A DNA stretch of 64,000 nt from Selaginella moellendorffii (lineage: Eukaryota; Plantae; Lycopodiophyta): assembly GCF_000143415.4 (NCBI RefSeq), contig NW_003314411.1, positions 186,452-250,451 of the forward strand. Direction: 5' to 3'. Position 1 is the stretch's first letter. The number at the start of each line of letters is the position of its first letter. The notes beneath the pieces were generated by a model. That model did no database searches. It saw only the letters and a program-made list of their open reading frames with translations, and was not told where the DNA came from. The translations under genes were made by a program, and so were the position numbers. This document shows, piece after piece, positions 10,746 to 23,349 of the stretch.

Positions 10746-13700
10746 ATGCATGCAGCTAGCGGGATGGTGAAACAGAACCGTGCTGATGACGCTGAAACCT
10801 CTAGACGGGCGAATCGAGAGGAGGAAACTCCTGCTAGAGATGCTGCGGAAGAGGCAGAGGCTGAGTCGGAAGAGGAAGAGCCAAATGCTGCGGCGTTGTA
10901 GCGTACGGCTCAGGAAGTCAAGATTGAGAATTTGCGAAAGGAGATTCGCAAATTAAAGAAGGAGAACAAGAAGAGGAAGAAAGAAGCTGAGGCAGCTAAA
11001 CCAGCAAAGCCTAAGCAACCGGACTCCTCTTCAAGTTCTGAGGACGATGAAGTTCTGCAGCCGCCCCCGGTTGCACGAGTTTCAAAGTTCAAGCCCCCAA
11101 AACCACCCAACTTCAGAGGCATGTGGGACTATCAGGTTTTGGAAGACTGGGTCTACGATATGGAGAACTACTTCATAGCGGCAGACGTCGATGATCGTAC
11201 GAAAGTTGCGTGCGCGCAATCCTTTCTCACCGATCATGCCAAAACTTGGTGGCGCCAAGTGTGTGCTGAAAAAGGGCAGACTAGAAGTTGGACCAAGATG
11301 CGGTCTCGTATCCGTAAGGAATACTTGCCGGATGATCTTGGTCTAAGACTTCGCGCGGAGCTGCGGCGGTTAAAGCAGCGAGGGGATCTCATGCATTACG
11401 TTAATGCGTTTGCTCAGAAGCGCATTATGATTGCAAATATGAGTGACGAAGATGCTCGGAGTTATTTTCTGGAGGGTTTAAGTTCACTTTCTCGCAATGA
11501 GATTTTGAAGTTTAAGCCGAAGACTTATCTGGAGTGTAAGGAGGCAGCGCAGCAAGTTGCCTTTAGTCACTCGCTCATGGAACAATATCAGCAACCGTAT
11601 GCTGGTAACTCGGACAAGAATAGGAATTCTGGGAATAAACAAGGTGATCGGAAACAGAGGGTGGAAAGTAGGTTCCGCCCTGGAGGCTCACAAGCAATGG
11701 TTAACAAAGGTGGTGGTGGTTGGAGACCACCAGCAGCTTCTTCTGGTCCTAGGCCCTCTGTTCCTCCTCCTGGTGGGTACAAGCAGCAGCAACCTGCAAA
11801 ACCTACTCCTAGCGGAACGGGTAGTGTGGGTCATTGCTTCCATTGTGGAGAGTCAGGACATAGGTCCTCGGATTATCCCAACAAGCATAAGACAAGGTCT
11901 CGAGTTAATGTCATGAGGGAAGACGGTGGTGATGAAGCTGAAGGGGTTGACGAGTTGGTCAATGCAGACTATGAGGAAGAAGAGGTGAGTAACTTTCGTT
12001 GCTTTCCTCAAGCTTTTCTTGCAGTCAATGCAAACACTGATCTGTTGATGTATCTGGTAGGCTTTGTCTGTGGACACCGAATCCGAGTGATGATTGACAC
12101 GGGAGCTACGCACAGCGTGATATCCGAAGACTTAGTTAAGTTGTTAGGATTGAATGCTGAGCAAATGTCGCCTATGCACTTCCGGTTTGCGGAAGGTGGG
12201 CAAGTAGCCAGAAAGTTTGTGAGTGATGTTCCAATAAAGATATCCAAGTGGAAAGAAAGAGTGGACTTGGTAGTGTTGAAGATACCAGATTTTCAGATGG
12301 TGTTTGGTATGGATTTCTTCAACAAGTATATAAAAGGGATTTATGGTGCTGGACAAAGTCGTATCACGTTGAAGTCCGAAGGACAACCCGATGTGTCCTT
12401 CCAGTTGCAAAAGCGTTCCTCAAAGGATTGGGATGGAAAGTTCCTGACTGCGAGGGCCGCTCAAAAAGCAGCTAAGAGGGGATGTCGGACCTTTTGGGTT
12501 CAAGTGATGGAAGCGGAGAGTGTGGGTGACTCTGTTCGAATTGGCGATGGGGTTGATCCTGTACCAAAGAAGATATTGGAGTTGTTGGCACAGAATCAGG
12601 ATATCTTCCCGAAGGATTTGCCACCAGGGCTACCCCCTAGCCGTGAGGTTGATCATCGGATTGAGGTTATTCCGGGTTCTAAACCACCTACAAAAGCTCC
12701 ATATCGGTTGAACATCAAGGAGATGGCTGAACTCAAGAAGCAACTCACGGAGCTTCTTGACAAAGGTCATATCCGACCCAGCAAGTCACCTTATGGAGCA
12801 CCAATCCTTTTTGTTATGAAAAAGGATGGAACCATGAGGATGTGTATTGACTATCGGGCACTCAATAAGATCATGGTCAAGAACAGTTATCCTTTGCCTC
12901 GCATTGATGACTTGTTTGACCAACTCTTAAAGGCTAAGTATTTTACGCGACTTGATTTGTGGTCCGGGTATCATCAGATACGGGTGGCGGATCAGGATGT
13001 GGAGAAGACAGCCTTTAAGACTCGGTACGGATCTTATGAGTTCCTTGTCATGCCATTCGGGTTATGCAATGCTCTGGCAACGTTCAGCACTATGATGGAT
13101 AGAATATTCGGAGATTATTTGGACGCATTTGTTGTCCTATACATCGACGATGTTCTAGTCTTCAGCGAAACGTTGGAGGATCATTTGAAACACTTGGAGC
13201 TGGTGTTTCAAAAGTTGCGCGAACACAAACTGTATGCTAAGGAAAGTAAATGTGCTTTTGGTCAATTGCGTGTAAACTTTCTCGGACATATAGTTGGTGG
13301 TGGCGTGATTGAAGTCGATCCAAAGAAAGTGGAAGCGGTGAAGTCTTGGGAAATCCCGACCACTGTATCAGATGTTCGTTCCTTTCTCGGTTTGGCGGGA
13401 TACTATCGCAAGTTTGTCCGCAATTTTGCAAGGATTGCTCTTCCGTTAACTGAGTTGACGAAGAGTAGTATTCCGTTTCATTGGACACCAGCTTGTCAGC
13501 GTGCTTTTGTACGGTTGAAGGAGATCTTGACTACGGTTCCTGTTCTCAGGATCCCAGATCTTGATAAACCCTTTGAAGTGCATTGTGATGCGTCTGGCTA
13601 TGCTATTGGTGCCGTGTTGCAGCAAGATTGTGACAAAGCGGTTGGTGTTACGCTAAGGCGACATAGTTGTCCCGTTGCGTTCTATTCCAAGAAATTGGAT

Positions 13701-15479
13701 GAAACCCAACGAAGATGGCCAACGCATGAGAAAGAGATGTTTGCTATAGTGTCGGCCCTGGAACACTGGAGACACTACTTGGGTGGACACACCAAGGTTT
13801 ATACAGATAGCAACACACTAAGCTACTTTGCTACGCAGCCTAAGCTTACGCCGAAGCAGGCTCGTTGGCAAGAGAAGCTTGCTAGATATGATATTGAAAT
13901 CATATATAAACCTGGTAAAGACAATATTGTTCCGGATGCATTGAGTCGTCAAGCTCAATTCCGGGCAATATCGGCAATCAGTTCGGACTGGTTGGAAGAC
14001 GTTCGGGCTTCATATGGAAGTGATCCATTGGCGAAGGCAATCTTATGCCGTGCGGGGTTGTTGAAGCAGAGCCCTGGTAGCGAAGCAGCAAAAGTTGCTA
14101 GTCGCACTAATGCAAAACTTCACTTCTCAGTTCGGGATGGGCTTATATTCTATAAGCAAGGAAGATTGTATCTTCCCTCTAAGGATCTTCAGCAGTTATT
14201 TCTGCGGGAACATCATGATGTTCCAGCAGCGGGACATGGTGGACAGCGAAAAACGCTAGCTTCGTTGAAAAAGGGATTTTTCTGGTCTAGTATGGAAGGT
14301 GATGTAGCGGACTATGTCCGTTCCTGCCCTATATGCCAGCAATGTAAGCGCAAAGCTGAGAAGCAGGCTGGAAAGTTGCAGTGCATTCCAGCACCGGCAT
14401 GGCCATTTCAAAGTGTGACACTTGATTTCGTCACTTGCTTGCCGAAGTCTAAGGGTTATGATACTTTGATGGTGGTTGTGGATCGGTTGTCGAAGATTGC
14501 ACATTTCATTCCAACTGTGGGAACAGTGAACGCGAAACAAGCAGCAAAGCTCTTTTTCCATGAAGTAGTGTGAGTTCGTGGTCTTCCTGAAGAGATGATC
14601 TCGGATAGGGATTCGAGGTTTACAGGGAATTTTTGGGGCAGACTGTTCCAGTTATTTGGTACCAAGTTAAAGTTTAGTACGGCTTATCATCCTCAGACTG
14701 ATGGGCAGACCGAACGTGTGAATGCTCAAGTTGAGGATTATCTGCGATACTATGTCGCGGCGGACCAACGCGACTGGGTCGAGCATTTGGATACAGCAGA
14801 AATATGTTATAACAACACATTTCACAGCGCTATAGGCTGTTCTCCATGGGAGATGCTGCAAGGGAATGCTCGTGGGGTTCCTCAACAGATTGTTGTACCG
14901 AAACCAATGTCCGAGGTGTTGGTCCCGGCCGTTGAGACTTATGCGGAGCAGCTACGTCAAGGTTGGTCTAGAGCAACTGAGGCGATGAGCAAAGCTCAAG
15001 ATAGGTATCGACGTGATAAGGATCAGCATCGTCGGGATGTATCCTATCAAGTGGGAGATCAGGTGTGGCTATCTTCCCGGAACTTGAACATTAAGGGATC
15101 TTTGTCTCGGAAGCTGTTACCGCGATATGTTGGACCTTATCGGGTGTTGAAACGCATTGGTGATATATCCTATAAGTTGGATCTTCCGGATGAGTTATCT
15201 CAGCTACATGATGTGTTTCATGTCAGTTTACTGGCACCATATCATGCTGCTGTGGAACGCTCTATGGATTTGCGTCCTCCGCCAGTAATCGTGGATGGTG
15301 AACCAGAGTATGAAGCTGAATCTATCTTAGATTCTCGATTTCGGAGACGGGCTCATGCGAAGGAATATCTCGTTAAGTGGAAAGGTTACCCGACTTGTGA
15401 ATCAACTTGGGAACCTCTTGGGAATCTTACACATGCTCGTGAGCTTGTCACGGAGTATGAGAATCGTAATAAAAACTAG
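10746..15479 (+). pseudogene. Element B single-frame gag-pol with chromodomain; two in-frame stops (10899 TAG, 14571 TGA)
   Basis: ORFs 10575-10901, 10932-14573 and 14595-15479 share one frame; motifs [66 protein letters not shown]. Confidence 0.93.
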
Positions 15480-16086
15480 CTTTTGTAAATCTTGTAATAA
15501 ATCTTGCAAATTAATAAAATACTATATTTTTATAATCAAAGTGTCGTTTCTCTCGTTCATTAGTACTTGGGTTAGTTTTGGCAGGCTGACTTCGGCACTT
15601 CGGTGCATGGGTCCAATCCATAACCATGGGGATAACTATTATAGACTGATCACAAGTCCCCGCCTCTCTCTCGATGTCTCATTTTCGAAAAGGGGCGTGG
15701 TCGTGTAAACAACTTAATCTGCCAGTTTATAGTAGTTATCTAAATCTTCCCGACGGGGTTGATTTCTTGCTCAGGGAAAGTTGGGCCTCTGGCCCTCTTC
15801 CTATGTCCCTGCGGGCAGGGATGTATCATTCCTTTGTAAGCCGAGTGGTACTCGGAGCAGCAAGGGTGGCTAACTTTGCTAGTCATTTCCTTGTTGGTGA
15901 CGGCCGGAGGGTGTCTGAGTTTTAACGTCTTTGGACGTAGAGGAGAGGTCGTTCCATAACTCATTTAAGTCGGTGCGTTTCCCACATAGTGTGCTTTCCG
16001 TTAACTTTCGGAGTTGTTTCCTTGACGGTTTGCTAGACTCGGGTATGCATCGACGAGGACGTCGATCTTCCCCAAGGGGGGGAGAG

Positions 16087-17003
16087 TGTCACGAATGTGA
16101 CTTCGGGTATCGAAAGATATTTGTCGACCGGTCCTTACGGACACTCTCTCCTTACTGCCATTACGGCAGGAGGTCGGTGCTGCTGGTTCCCTTTATTGGC
16201 CCCTCTTGTCCAAGTGTTAGTTTACTAGGCTTAGCATCTGTACTTAGCCAGATGGACATAAGGTAGGAACTCCTATGTGTTTCTAGCTGAGCATTCTCGG
16301 CCTGGCTCTTAGTTCTCTTTTGCTCTGTCTTGCACTGGCTTGGCAAGAACCCTCACATATTGAGACTAGTCCCTCAATATCGCTGGATGATAGCTTACCG
16401 TGTCTGCCAAACACTCTCGCTATCACGCCCTTTGTGTTGGTCTCATTTCGGTCCCAAATGCTATTTATGGAAAGTGTCTAGATTAGCTCATTTGGCATAT
16501 CTACGGAATGTAGAGATCGGCCTGAACACAATGGTGTTCGTCCCGTGTCCAAATTCGCAATCTAAGGACATTCCATATTTAGTAAGTTTCGGACTTGTCC
16601 CAGAGACTAACTCCTGGTACTAAGGGAGGCTTGGGGTGAAAGCCCAAAGCGTGTGTCCCTCAAGGGGGGGGGGGCTGTGGGGGGTTCCAAATGTATAGTA
16701 GGGATAGTGGTTGGAATGCATGTCCGACCACCTGAGACATTAGTTTGGCTCCCGCTGGGTTGTGTCGCTCCTTGTTCTGCGTCCGGCTTGGGTCTAAGCC
16801 CAAGCTCCACGCTGCTCTAGTCAGTGGAGTACCTTCCTCCTTGCGTTAGGCCACCGGTATGCCAAAATTGTGCCAGACTCCGTCTGACACCATTTTGCGT
16901 GCAGGTGCTGGATACGGGGAGCTGGTGCTCGTGGAATTGCACCGGACCCTCGTTTCGTAGCGCAACAGGCTTGGAGTTCGGCTCCAAATTCAGGTGCGCT
17001 ACA
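16087..17003 (+). repeat. Element B 3' LTR
   Basis: TGTCACGAATG...GCTACA, preceded by the PPT. Confidence 0.95.
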
Positions 17004-17629
17004 TCTTGAGCACTTCTTTGGATGGCCCCTCCGGCACCAACCAAGTCCATGCTCACTCCCACCCAAGGCCCCTCGGTCCCAGTCTCAACCTCAAGTCGGT
17101 TTGGAAGCCCCACTGAAGAGTCCCTTCAAAACTGGTTCCTGGACCTCACTATCCCTACTATACTTTTGGAACCCCCCACAGCCCCCCCCCCCTTGAGGGA
17201 CACACGCTTTGGGCTTTCACCCCAAGCCTCCCTTAGTACCCGTATTAGTATTTGGACTTAGTCTCTGGCTCAATCTCGGACTTGATTTCGGATTCGACTT
17301 TGGATTCGGTCTCAGACTCGATCTCGGACTCGATCTCGGACCTGATCTTGGACTTGATCTCGGACCCGATCTCGGACCCGACCTCGGACTCGACCTCGGA
17401 CTCGGTCTCGGACCCGATTTCGGATCTCGGACTCCGTTTCGAACTCGGTCTCGAACTCGGTCCCCGAGTCAGCCTCGGACTCGATTCTGGACTCTATCTC
17501 GAACTCGGTCTCCTAGTTGGTCTTGGACTCGATCTTCGACTTGGTCCTATCCGATGAACTCTTTGTCATTTTGGTCATGCTTTCGGGGTTCTTTTAGCCT
17601 ACGACACCTCGGCGAGTTCGTTCCTTACA
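17004..17629 (-). repeat. Element A 5' LTR, right part
   Basis: Resumes the LTR at TCTTGAGCACTT; ends CCTTACA, followed by TSD GTGCA. Confidence 0.93.
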
Positions 17630-17710
17630 GTGCACTCTTACCTTTCTCTCTATATTTGAGCCTTTATAGATCATCAATAGAGTCAGACTTGAGACCTTTT
17701 TAATACTAAA

Positions 17711-17860
17711 TATAAACTCCTGAATTTGGACTTCCCGAGAGGTCACCCAACCCAATATTATTAAAATCCAAGGACGCTTAACCCTAAGTATCTTAAAACC
17801 TTTAACTAATTAAAAAAAGGGGTACACTTTTGTCCATAAGCCCTTTCCTTCTATATTTTG
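17711..17860 (-). mobile_element. 5S-rRNA-containing short repeat (Cassandra/TRIM-like), copy 1
   Basis: Reverse complement of 17728-17782 is GTTAAGCGTCCTTGGATTTTAATAATATTGGGTTGGGTGACCTCTCGGGAAGTCC, 42/55 ungapped to the plant 5S internal control region as I recall it; flanks match the copy at 18666-18859. Confidence 0.7.
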
Positions 17861-18049
17861 TCTTTCAAGTCATTCCTTTTGGTTACTTATAGGGATGACT
17901 TGAAATTTGAATTTATATAATGCTTCCAACCCTTTATGAAATTAAGGAATGTTCTATACTAGGTACGTTATTAATAAACTTGTAAGTTATCACAAGTTGA
18001 AAGTTGGAAGCACTATATAAGTATTGATACTTTAATTAAATTTTGTATA

Positions 18050-18945
18050 AATACATAAAGTTTTACCTTGTAAAAATTCCTTTATTAGATCTCATGTATT
18101 CACTAGGTTCTTTTTTGGTTCCTATATTACTTTATAAAATACACATGGAAGTCTTTCACTTCATATATTTTTTGCTTGTTCCTACATATATTGAGGATAA
18201 CTTTAACTTCATATTCCTCTTCCCCTTGAATAACTTTACTTAGTTTTTGTGAAGTGGGTCCTCAAAGTATAGTTTAAGTAAGTTCACATGGAATATAGTG
18301 TGTATTTTCCTTATTTCTTGGAAAAGCTTAAAACAATAAACCACCTTACTAAATTACTTAAAGAACTTAAAATCATTTCATTTTACGAATATATGTACAT
18401 TAACTTTGGGTCAATCTTAAGTTGATTCCATTTAGTAACCTTAAGTTTTTGGTGTTCAACCACACCTTCTCTCTAAGTTAGAACTTTATATCTTTATATT
18501 ATTAGTTTGTATATTTAATTTACCTTTGTTAAACCTGTTTCAAATAATCCCTCACTAGATTCCAAATGTTTAGTCTTTATATCATGAATGCCTTCACCAC
18601 ATGTAACTCTCCATGATACTAGGCCATGCTGAGTTTCATAAGACATTCAATAGTTTACCCATCCTTGTAACCAAGCAAAAAAAAAAACTTAAGAGACAAT
18701 TTATAAAGTTCAAATATAAAAGGATAGGGCCCATGAAAAAGAGTGTATCCCTTTTTCAAATTGGTTAAGGGTCTTGGGATATTTTGAGTTAAATGTTTTT
18801 CGGTTTGAATAATACTAGGATGGATGACCTCCCAAGAAGTTTAAATTTAAGAGCTTACATTCTTATAGATTCACCTTAATACTCGAATGTGGTGAGTTGT
18901 TTTAACACATTTTTACAAGTCATAAATGACTTACGCAATCCATAT
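18050..18945 (-). mobile_element. Old, AT-drifted remnant of an A-family integrase/chromodomain region
   Basis: Collinear with about 4370-5125 (e.g. CCCTCACTAGATTCCAAATGTT, CTCGAATGTGGTGAGTTGT); retains a decayed copy of the 52-nt intron at ~18355-18403. Confidence 0.75.
18666..18859 (+). mobile_element. 5S-containing short repeat, copy 2; solo-LTR-like (TGTAA...TTACA, 194 bp)
   Basis: Interrupts the A-family remnant; contains GAGTTAAATG...AATACTAGGATGGATGACCTCCCAAGAAGTT; TSD not clear (ATCCT/TTCTT). Confidence 0.65.
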
Positions 18946-19299
18946 AATCTTTAGAGATCATACTCAATCCATATAATTTTTAGAGATTAAACTATAAGGA
19001 GTTTGTTGCCAAGAGATGGAAAAACAATAAAATTATTAATAAAATAATAAAATAATAAAAGACTCCCCTCCTAGTTAACTTAGAAACATAATCTTTGTAT
19101 TAAATGCTTATCTATATACATATAATATGTTTTGAATTCAAATCCCATAAGTAATATGTGACAATATTCTCAATATTTACTCTAATATTTATTTATTCTT
19201 CTAATTAAAAACTAAGCTGGTAATATTATAGTCATGGGTTCAAGACTCATTGACCACATTGATAATTTTATGGAGCTTTCTTTTTCCATAGTGATGCTC

Positions 19300-20500
19300 T
19301 GTCAAAGTCCAAGAAGAAAGCTTGACACGAACACAAAGAATTTTACTTTGTGCACACTATTGTGAATATAAGTCATTACTTTTATAGCTAAATATACTAT
19401 GTGTGTTGAGTTTAATAATACACACTCTTGAATGATGCAAAACTCAATCAACCACCATTCCCTTGAAAGTTTATTTGGTAAAAGGCTTTGTGAAGAAGTT
19501 ACTTTGTTGATCAGTAGTAAAGCTTAAGAATTTATTCTTGGACTAATTCACATGCATAATGGTAATGCACTCCATTTGTGCACCATGATTCCATCTTTGT
19601 TTTCCATGTAGAGAGGCAAGAAAGGTTACCCAAGATTAAGGAGGAAATCATGAAGCTAAAGAATCTCCTTTCAGGTTAGAAATAGCATGTATTATAATCA
19701 TTATGAGGCTAATATTATAGAATGGTGACAAATGAGATGCTATATGTTGCAACTCCTCCATGAGTTAAGTGAAATCTTTTGTCCTATAGGATAAATTTGG
19801 CTAATTACCAATGTAGTTTGCTTGGATTTGCTAAAAACTGGTTTAGAGGAATAGTAGAGAAAGCCCAAGTTGTGAGCACCATATCATACCATATCATACA
19901 TAAGATTGCAATAAGGCTTCTAAATGACATGGAAGCTATTAAAGCTTAACTTCTTAGAGAGAATAGTGTTTAGTTGCATAAACACAGCAATTAACCATGT
20001 TAAATTACTCTAGAATGTCATGAAAATATTTTTTTCAAAAAATCTGAAGTCTTATCATGACAAATTTCCAAGCTAAAGCAATACCTAAATCCTCCACTCA
20101 AAATAGCTTAAAACAGTAAATAAACTAATAAGTTGCTAATCACTCAGCATATAATACTACAATGAGCATATAAGAGTTATGAGACTTGAGAAGGACATTA
20201 TGATGAAACTAAACTCTAGAGGCTTGTTTAAGGCCATAAAATACTTTCTTTAATTTCCATACCTTCCAAACTAACATTAAGAAATGTTATTTTGATATTT
20301 GTGATACAAAGTGAGGAAATGCTAGCAAAATATAAAGGCTTGTCATCTTAACTACTAGAAATATGTGTCAAATACTTTTGGGAAGAATTTTGTGCTACTA
20401 AGTGAGCTTTCTAACAATTAAATATGCTACAAGCATTAAACTTAATTTTATATACCCAATGTGAACCAGTAAACTATGCAAGATCTGATTCTTCAAAAAC
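19300..20500 (-). mobile_element. Very degenerate Ty1/Copia RT-RNase H remnant
   Basis: Minus strand near 19480-19520 reads TTDQQSNFFTKPF, like the Copia RNase H end (..Q.ADIFTK); the rest is unreadable. Confidence 0.4.
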
Positions 20501-20704
20501 ATCCTTTTGATTAATAGACTGAAATTCCTTTTGCAGCAGGGCAATTCTTAATTTCTTTGTACTGTGGAAAATGAGTTTGAAAAGGCTACTTTACTACCTT
20601 GAAATTTTATGCATCATTAAACCATCTTTTCCATTTTGTGAAACCATACAAAAATTTGATGAGAAAAAAAAACTGAGCTTCTAAACTCCATAGAAATAGT
20701 CTGT

Positions 20705-22708
20705 TTAGGGTTGATTGGACGAGCTCGTGAACGTCGGGAAAGGGAAACTCCCGGAGCTAGCGCTCATTGAAACGCTACGATCAAACTCCAAAACCTCGCG
20801 CGATCGCCGCAGCTCCGGCAGCGCTGGCGCATTGCCCTTGAGCGAATTCACCACCTGGCGCATCGTGGGCCGGTTCCTGGGGCTTGGATCCGAGCACGCC
20901 AGCCCGATTGTGAGCACCGATTCCATCTCCCCACCATCGAAAACCCCTCCCAGCGCTGGATCCGCGGCCTCAACCAGGCTCCTCTTTCGATACAGCTCCC
21001 AGATCCACTCGCCCAAGACGGTGTAATCGTCAAAGAATGGCTTTTTTCCGCTGGCCACCTCGAGCAGCACGATCCCAAAGCTATAGACGTCCGAGGCGGT
21101 GGTGCACTGCCCGGTTATGTTAAGCTCCGGTGCGAGGTAGCCGAAGGTCCCCGCGATGGCGGTCGTCCTCGCCTCGCGCCTGCGATCGATGAGCCTGGCG
21201 AGGCCGAAATCGCCCAGTCGCGCGTTGAATCCCGCGTCGAGCATCACGTTGCTGGGCTTGATGTCGCGGTGGACGATCCTCTCCTCGCATTCCTCGTGGA
21301 GGTAGAGCAGCGCCGCCGCGAGGCCGCAGATGATCTCGTAGCGCTTGCTCCACTCGAGGGACGAGTTCGTGGCGATGGCCTTGTCGAGGCTGCCGTTTGG
21401 CATGAACTCGTAGACGAGGAGGAGCTCTCTGGATCGGCAGCACCAGCCGCGGAGGTGGACGAGGTTGCGGTGCGAGAGCTTGGTGATGATCTCCACCTCG
21501 GCCAGGAACTCGCGCTCGCCCTGCCGGGAGTTCTCGCCGATTCTCTTCACTGCCACTGGAGATCCATCGCCGGGGAGGAGCCCCGCATAGACGTTGCCAA
21601 AGCCGCCGCTGCCAAGGAGATTCTTGGGATCGAAGTTGGCGGTGGCGGACTTGAGGTCGCGGTACGAGAGTTCGGATGGCATCCCGATGTTTTGCTCCAG
21701 GTTCCGCCCTCTCAAGATCACATCGTCCGATGATCCATCACCGCCAGCCGAGAACAAACGCATTCTCTTGCAGATAAGAAAGATCCCGCCGAGCACCAGC
21801 AGCAGCAAGAGCGAGAAAACCACGCTGACGATCACCACGACCCTTGTTCTGGATCCATTCTTCTCTTGATCATGATCTCCTCCGCTTTCTCCTCCTCCTC
21901 CTCTAGGTGGTGGCGACGATGAGCCACTTAAGCCCGTGAAGTTCTCTCTACTAAAACGTAGATCCGGGGCGGAGAAATTCCAGGCGTGGACGATGTGCAC
22001 GTCCCGGCTGAGATCCCCAGTGGCGGCAGAGAAGCCCACGAACACCGCCCCTTCGACCGCCGCCTCCTCGCACAGGTTCACGGGCTGTGGCGGCACCAGC
22101 GGCGCCGCCGGTCGCCGCCGCGAGTTCCTGGCGACGAACACGACCAGCGAGTGTTTGACCGCGTCATACTCGATCCACGCGCTCACGTTGGCGGACGAAT
22201 CGTGCAAATCCACCCTGTTCCCAGCGTCCGATTCGAAAGTCGGGCTCACCTGGGACCGGATCTGGTTGATATCCACGCCGACGTGATCGTCATTTATGTC
22301 CTGGAGCTCGGGATTATGGACCGAATCGAATTCCACCGCTACCAATTTGTTGCTCCGCTCCCTGTCCATGGCGGGATCGAAGAGGCCGAGCCAGGAACCC
22401 GAGCTGCCGGGTGGCGCAGGCGAGAGATTCCCGGAGATGATAAAGGCGAGACCATCGCCGCGAGTGGCGGTGGAGTTTTGAATGGAGAAGACGAAGCTTG
22501 TCGAGAAGCCGGCGGTGGTGTTGCAGATCTGAATTGCTCGATTATGCATTGCTCGGCCCGTGCTTCTGGGAGATTGGTCCGAGGTGAGCCAGAGATCCCC
22601 GGATTGTGCGATTGTGGCGTCGTTTAGGAGGGCCAGGTGAGGCTGTGCTGAGATGATTGAGCAGTGGAGACTACTTACCAGCCAGAAGAACGCCACGGCC
22701 AGCTCCAT
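20705..22708 (-). CDS. L-type (legume) lectin receptor-like Ser/Thr kinase, 667 aa, intronless
   Basis: Signal peptide; lectin motifs GDGLAF, VAVEFDS, HVGVDIN, FVGFSAATG; TM helix; kinase GSGGFG, VAVKR, HRDIKPSN, DFG, GTFGYLAPE. Confidence 0.95.
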   Translation of the reverse strand: MELAVAFFWLVSSLHCSIISAQPHLALLNDATIAQSGDLWLTSDQSPRSTGRAMHNRAIQICNTTAGFSTSFVFSIQNSTATRGDGLAFIISGNLSPAPPGSSGSWLGLFDPAMDRERSNKLVAVEFDSVHNPELQDINDDHVGVDINQIRSQVSPTFESDAGNRVDLHDSSANVSAWIEYDAVKHSLVVFVARNSRRRPAAPLVPPQPVNLCEEAAVEGAVFVGFSAATGDLSRDVHIVHAWNFSAPDLRFSRENFTGLSGSSSPPPRGGGGESGGDHDQEKNGSRTRVVVIVSVVFSLLLLLVLGGIFLICKRMRLFSAGGDGSSDDVILRGRNLEQNIGMPSELSYRDLKSATANFDPKNLLGSGGFGNVYAGLLPGDGSPVAVKRIGENSRQGEREFLAEVEIITKLSHRNLVHLRGWCCRSRELLLVYEFMPNGSLDKAIATNSSLEWSKRYEIICGLAAALLYLHEECEERIVHRDIKPSNVMLDAGFNARLGDFGLARLIDRRREARTTAIAGTFGYLAPELNITGQCTTASDVYSFGIVLLEVASGKKPFFDDYTVLGEWIWELYRKRSLVEAADPALGGVFDGGEMESVLTIGLACSDPSPRNRPTMRQVVNSLKGNAPALPELRRSREVLEFDRSVSMSASSGSFPFPTFTSSSNQP

Positions 22709-22959
22709 CTTGATTCATCCTTCACGAAGGAGGACGTCGTCTTTTGTTTTGCTTGGTTGTTTTGCGTTGGCTTGGTAGGAAGTCTTTGTTGGTGGTAATG
22801 TTGCCGTGGGGCCTCGGTTGGAGTTTTCTCTGAGTGTACGCTTGTCACAGGCCCAGGTCCAAAAACACGTCAACATAAAAGCAAATCGCAAGCGGGAGCG
22901 GCCGTTCGCTTTGAGAGCGGCGTGGATTAAGCCCCAAGGTAAATAAGCTGGAGAAGTTA

Positions 22960-23230
22960 CTACGAAAATTTTCTCTTCTGAGATCTTACTTTTAACTCTT
23001 TTCATTACAAGTTCTTCGCAGCCATCCAGAAAATTTGAAGCTTCGACAGCAAGGCGGGAGTGAGGTTCAGATCGCAATGGACAGAGAGAATCGAAGCGGC
23101 TGCTTCTAAGAACAGGTCTGAAATCTTTCATACCTAGTGGATCCTCTCTAGACCGCTCCGTGACAATTCGTCCAATCTGAAGATAATTGTCCGGACACGT
23201 TAAGGTCAAATATATGAAAAGTCAAGTATT
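22960..23230 (+). pseudogene. Deleted/degenerate copy of the small gene at 24486-24935
   Basis: CCAGAAAATTTGAAGCTTCG, GAGAATCGAAGCGGC, GGATCCTCTCTAGACC, TGACAATTCGTCCAATCTG and GAAAAGTCAAGTA all recur in 24530-24960. Confidence 0.7.
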
Positions 23231-23349
23231 TAAATCAGGGAGACAAACATGAAAGTCAAGTAGAATTACTTAAGTTGAAATACTCTTTTTCCATTGGATA
23301 GTGTAAAGTGTGAGTTTTTTTTCTGTCAAAATTGCCACGCCCTGGGCTA

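Larger units (their letters stand above)
9657..17003 (+). mobile_element. Element B: young, nearly intact Ty3/Gypsy chromovirus nested in the element A 5' LTR
   Basis: 917-bp LTRs (about 7 substitutions by eye); PBS TGGTATCAGAG at 10576; PPT AAGGGGGGGAGAG at 16074-16086; flanks TCTTA/TCTTG (the uninterrupted site in the sister LTR is TCTTG). Confidence 0.96.
2816..17629 (-). mobile_element. Element A: full-length Ty3/Gypsy chromovirus, inactivated, with element B nested in its 5' LTR
   Basis: TGTAAG..CTTACA LTRs; perfect 5-bp TSD GTGCA at 2811-2815 and 17630-17634; tRNA-Met PBS; PPT; gag-PR-RT-RH-INT-chromodomain on the minus strand. Confidence 0.95.

Noticed and set aside
10899-14573. Programmed readthrough at the two in-frame stops of element B
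   Set aside because: TAG and TGA are simply explained as CAG and CGA deamination; element A has Arg at the site equivalent to 14571.
20715-22627. Long antisense/alternate-frame ORFs over the LecRK (similar ones over 25373-25930, 29425-29904 and 32349-33068)
   Set aside because: Expected shadows of GC-rich coding sequence; no motifs.
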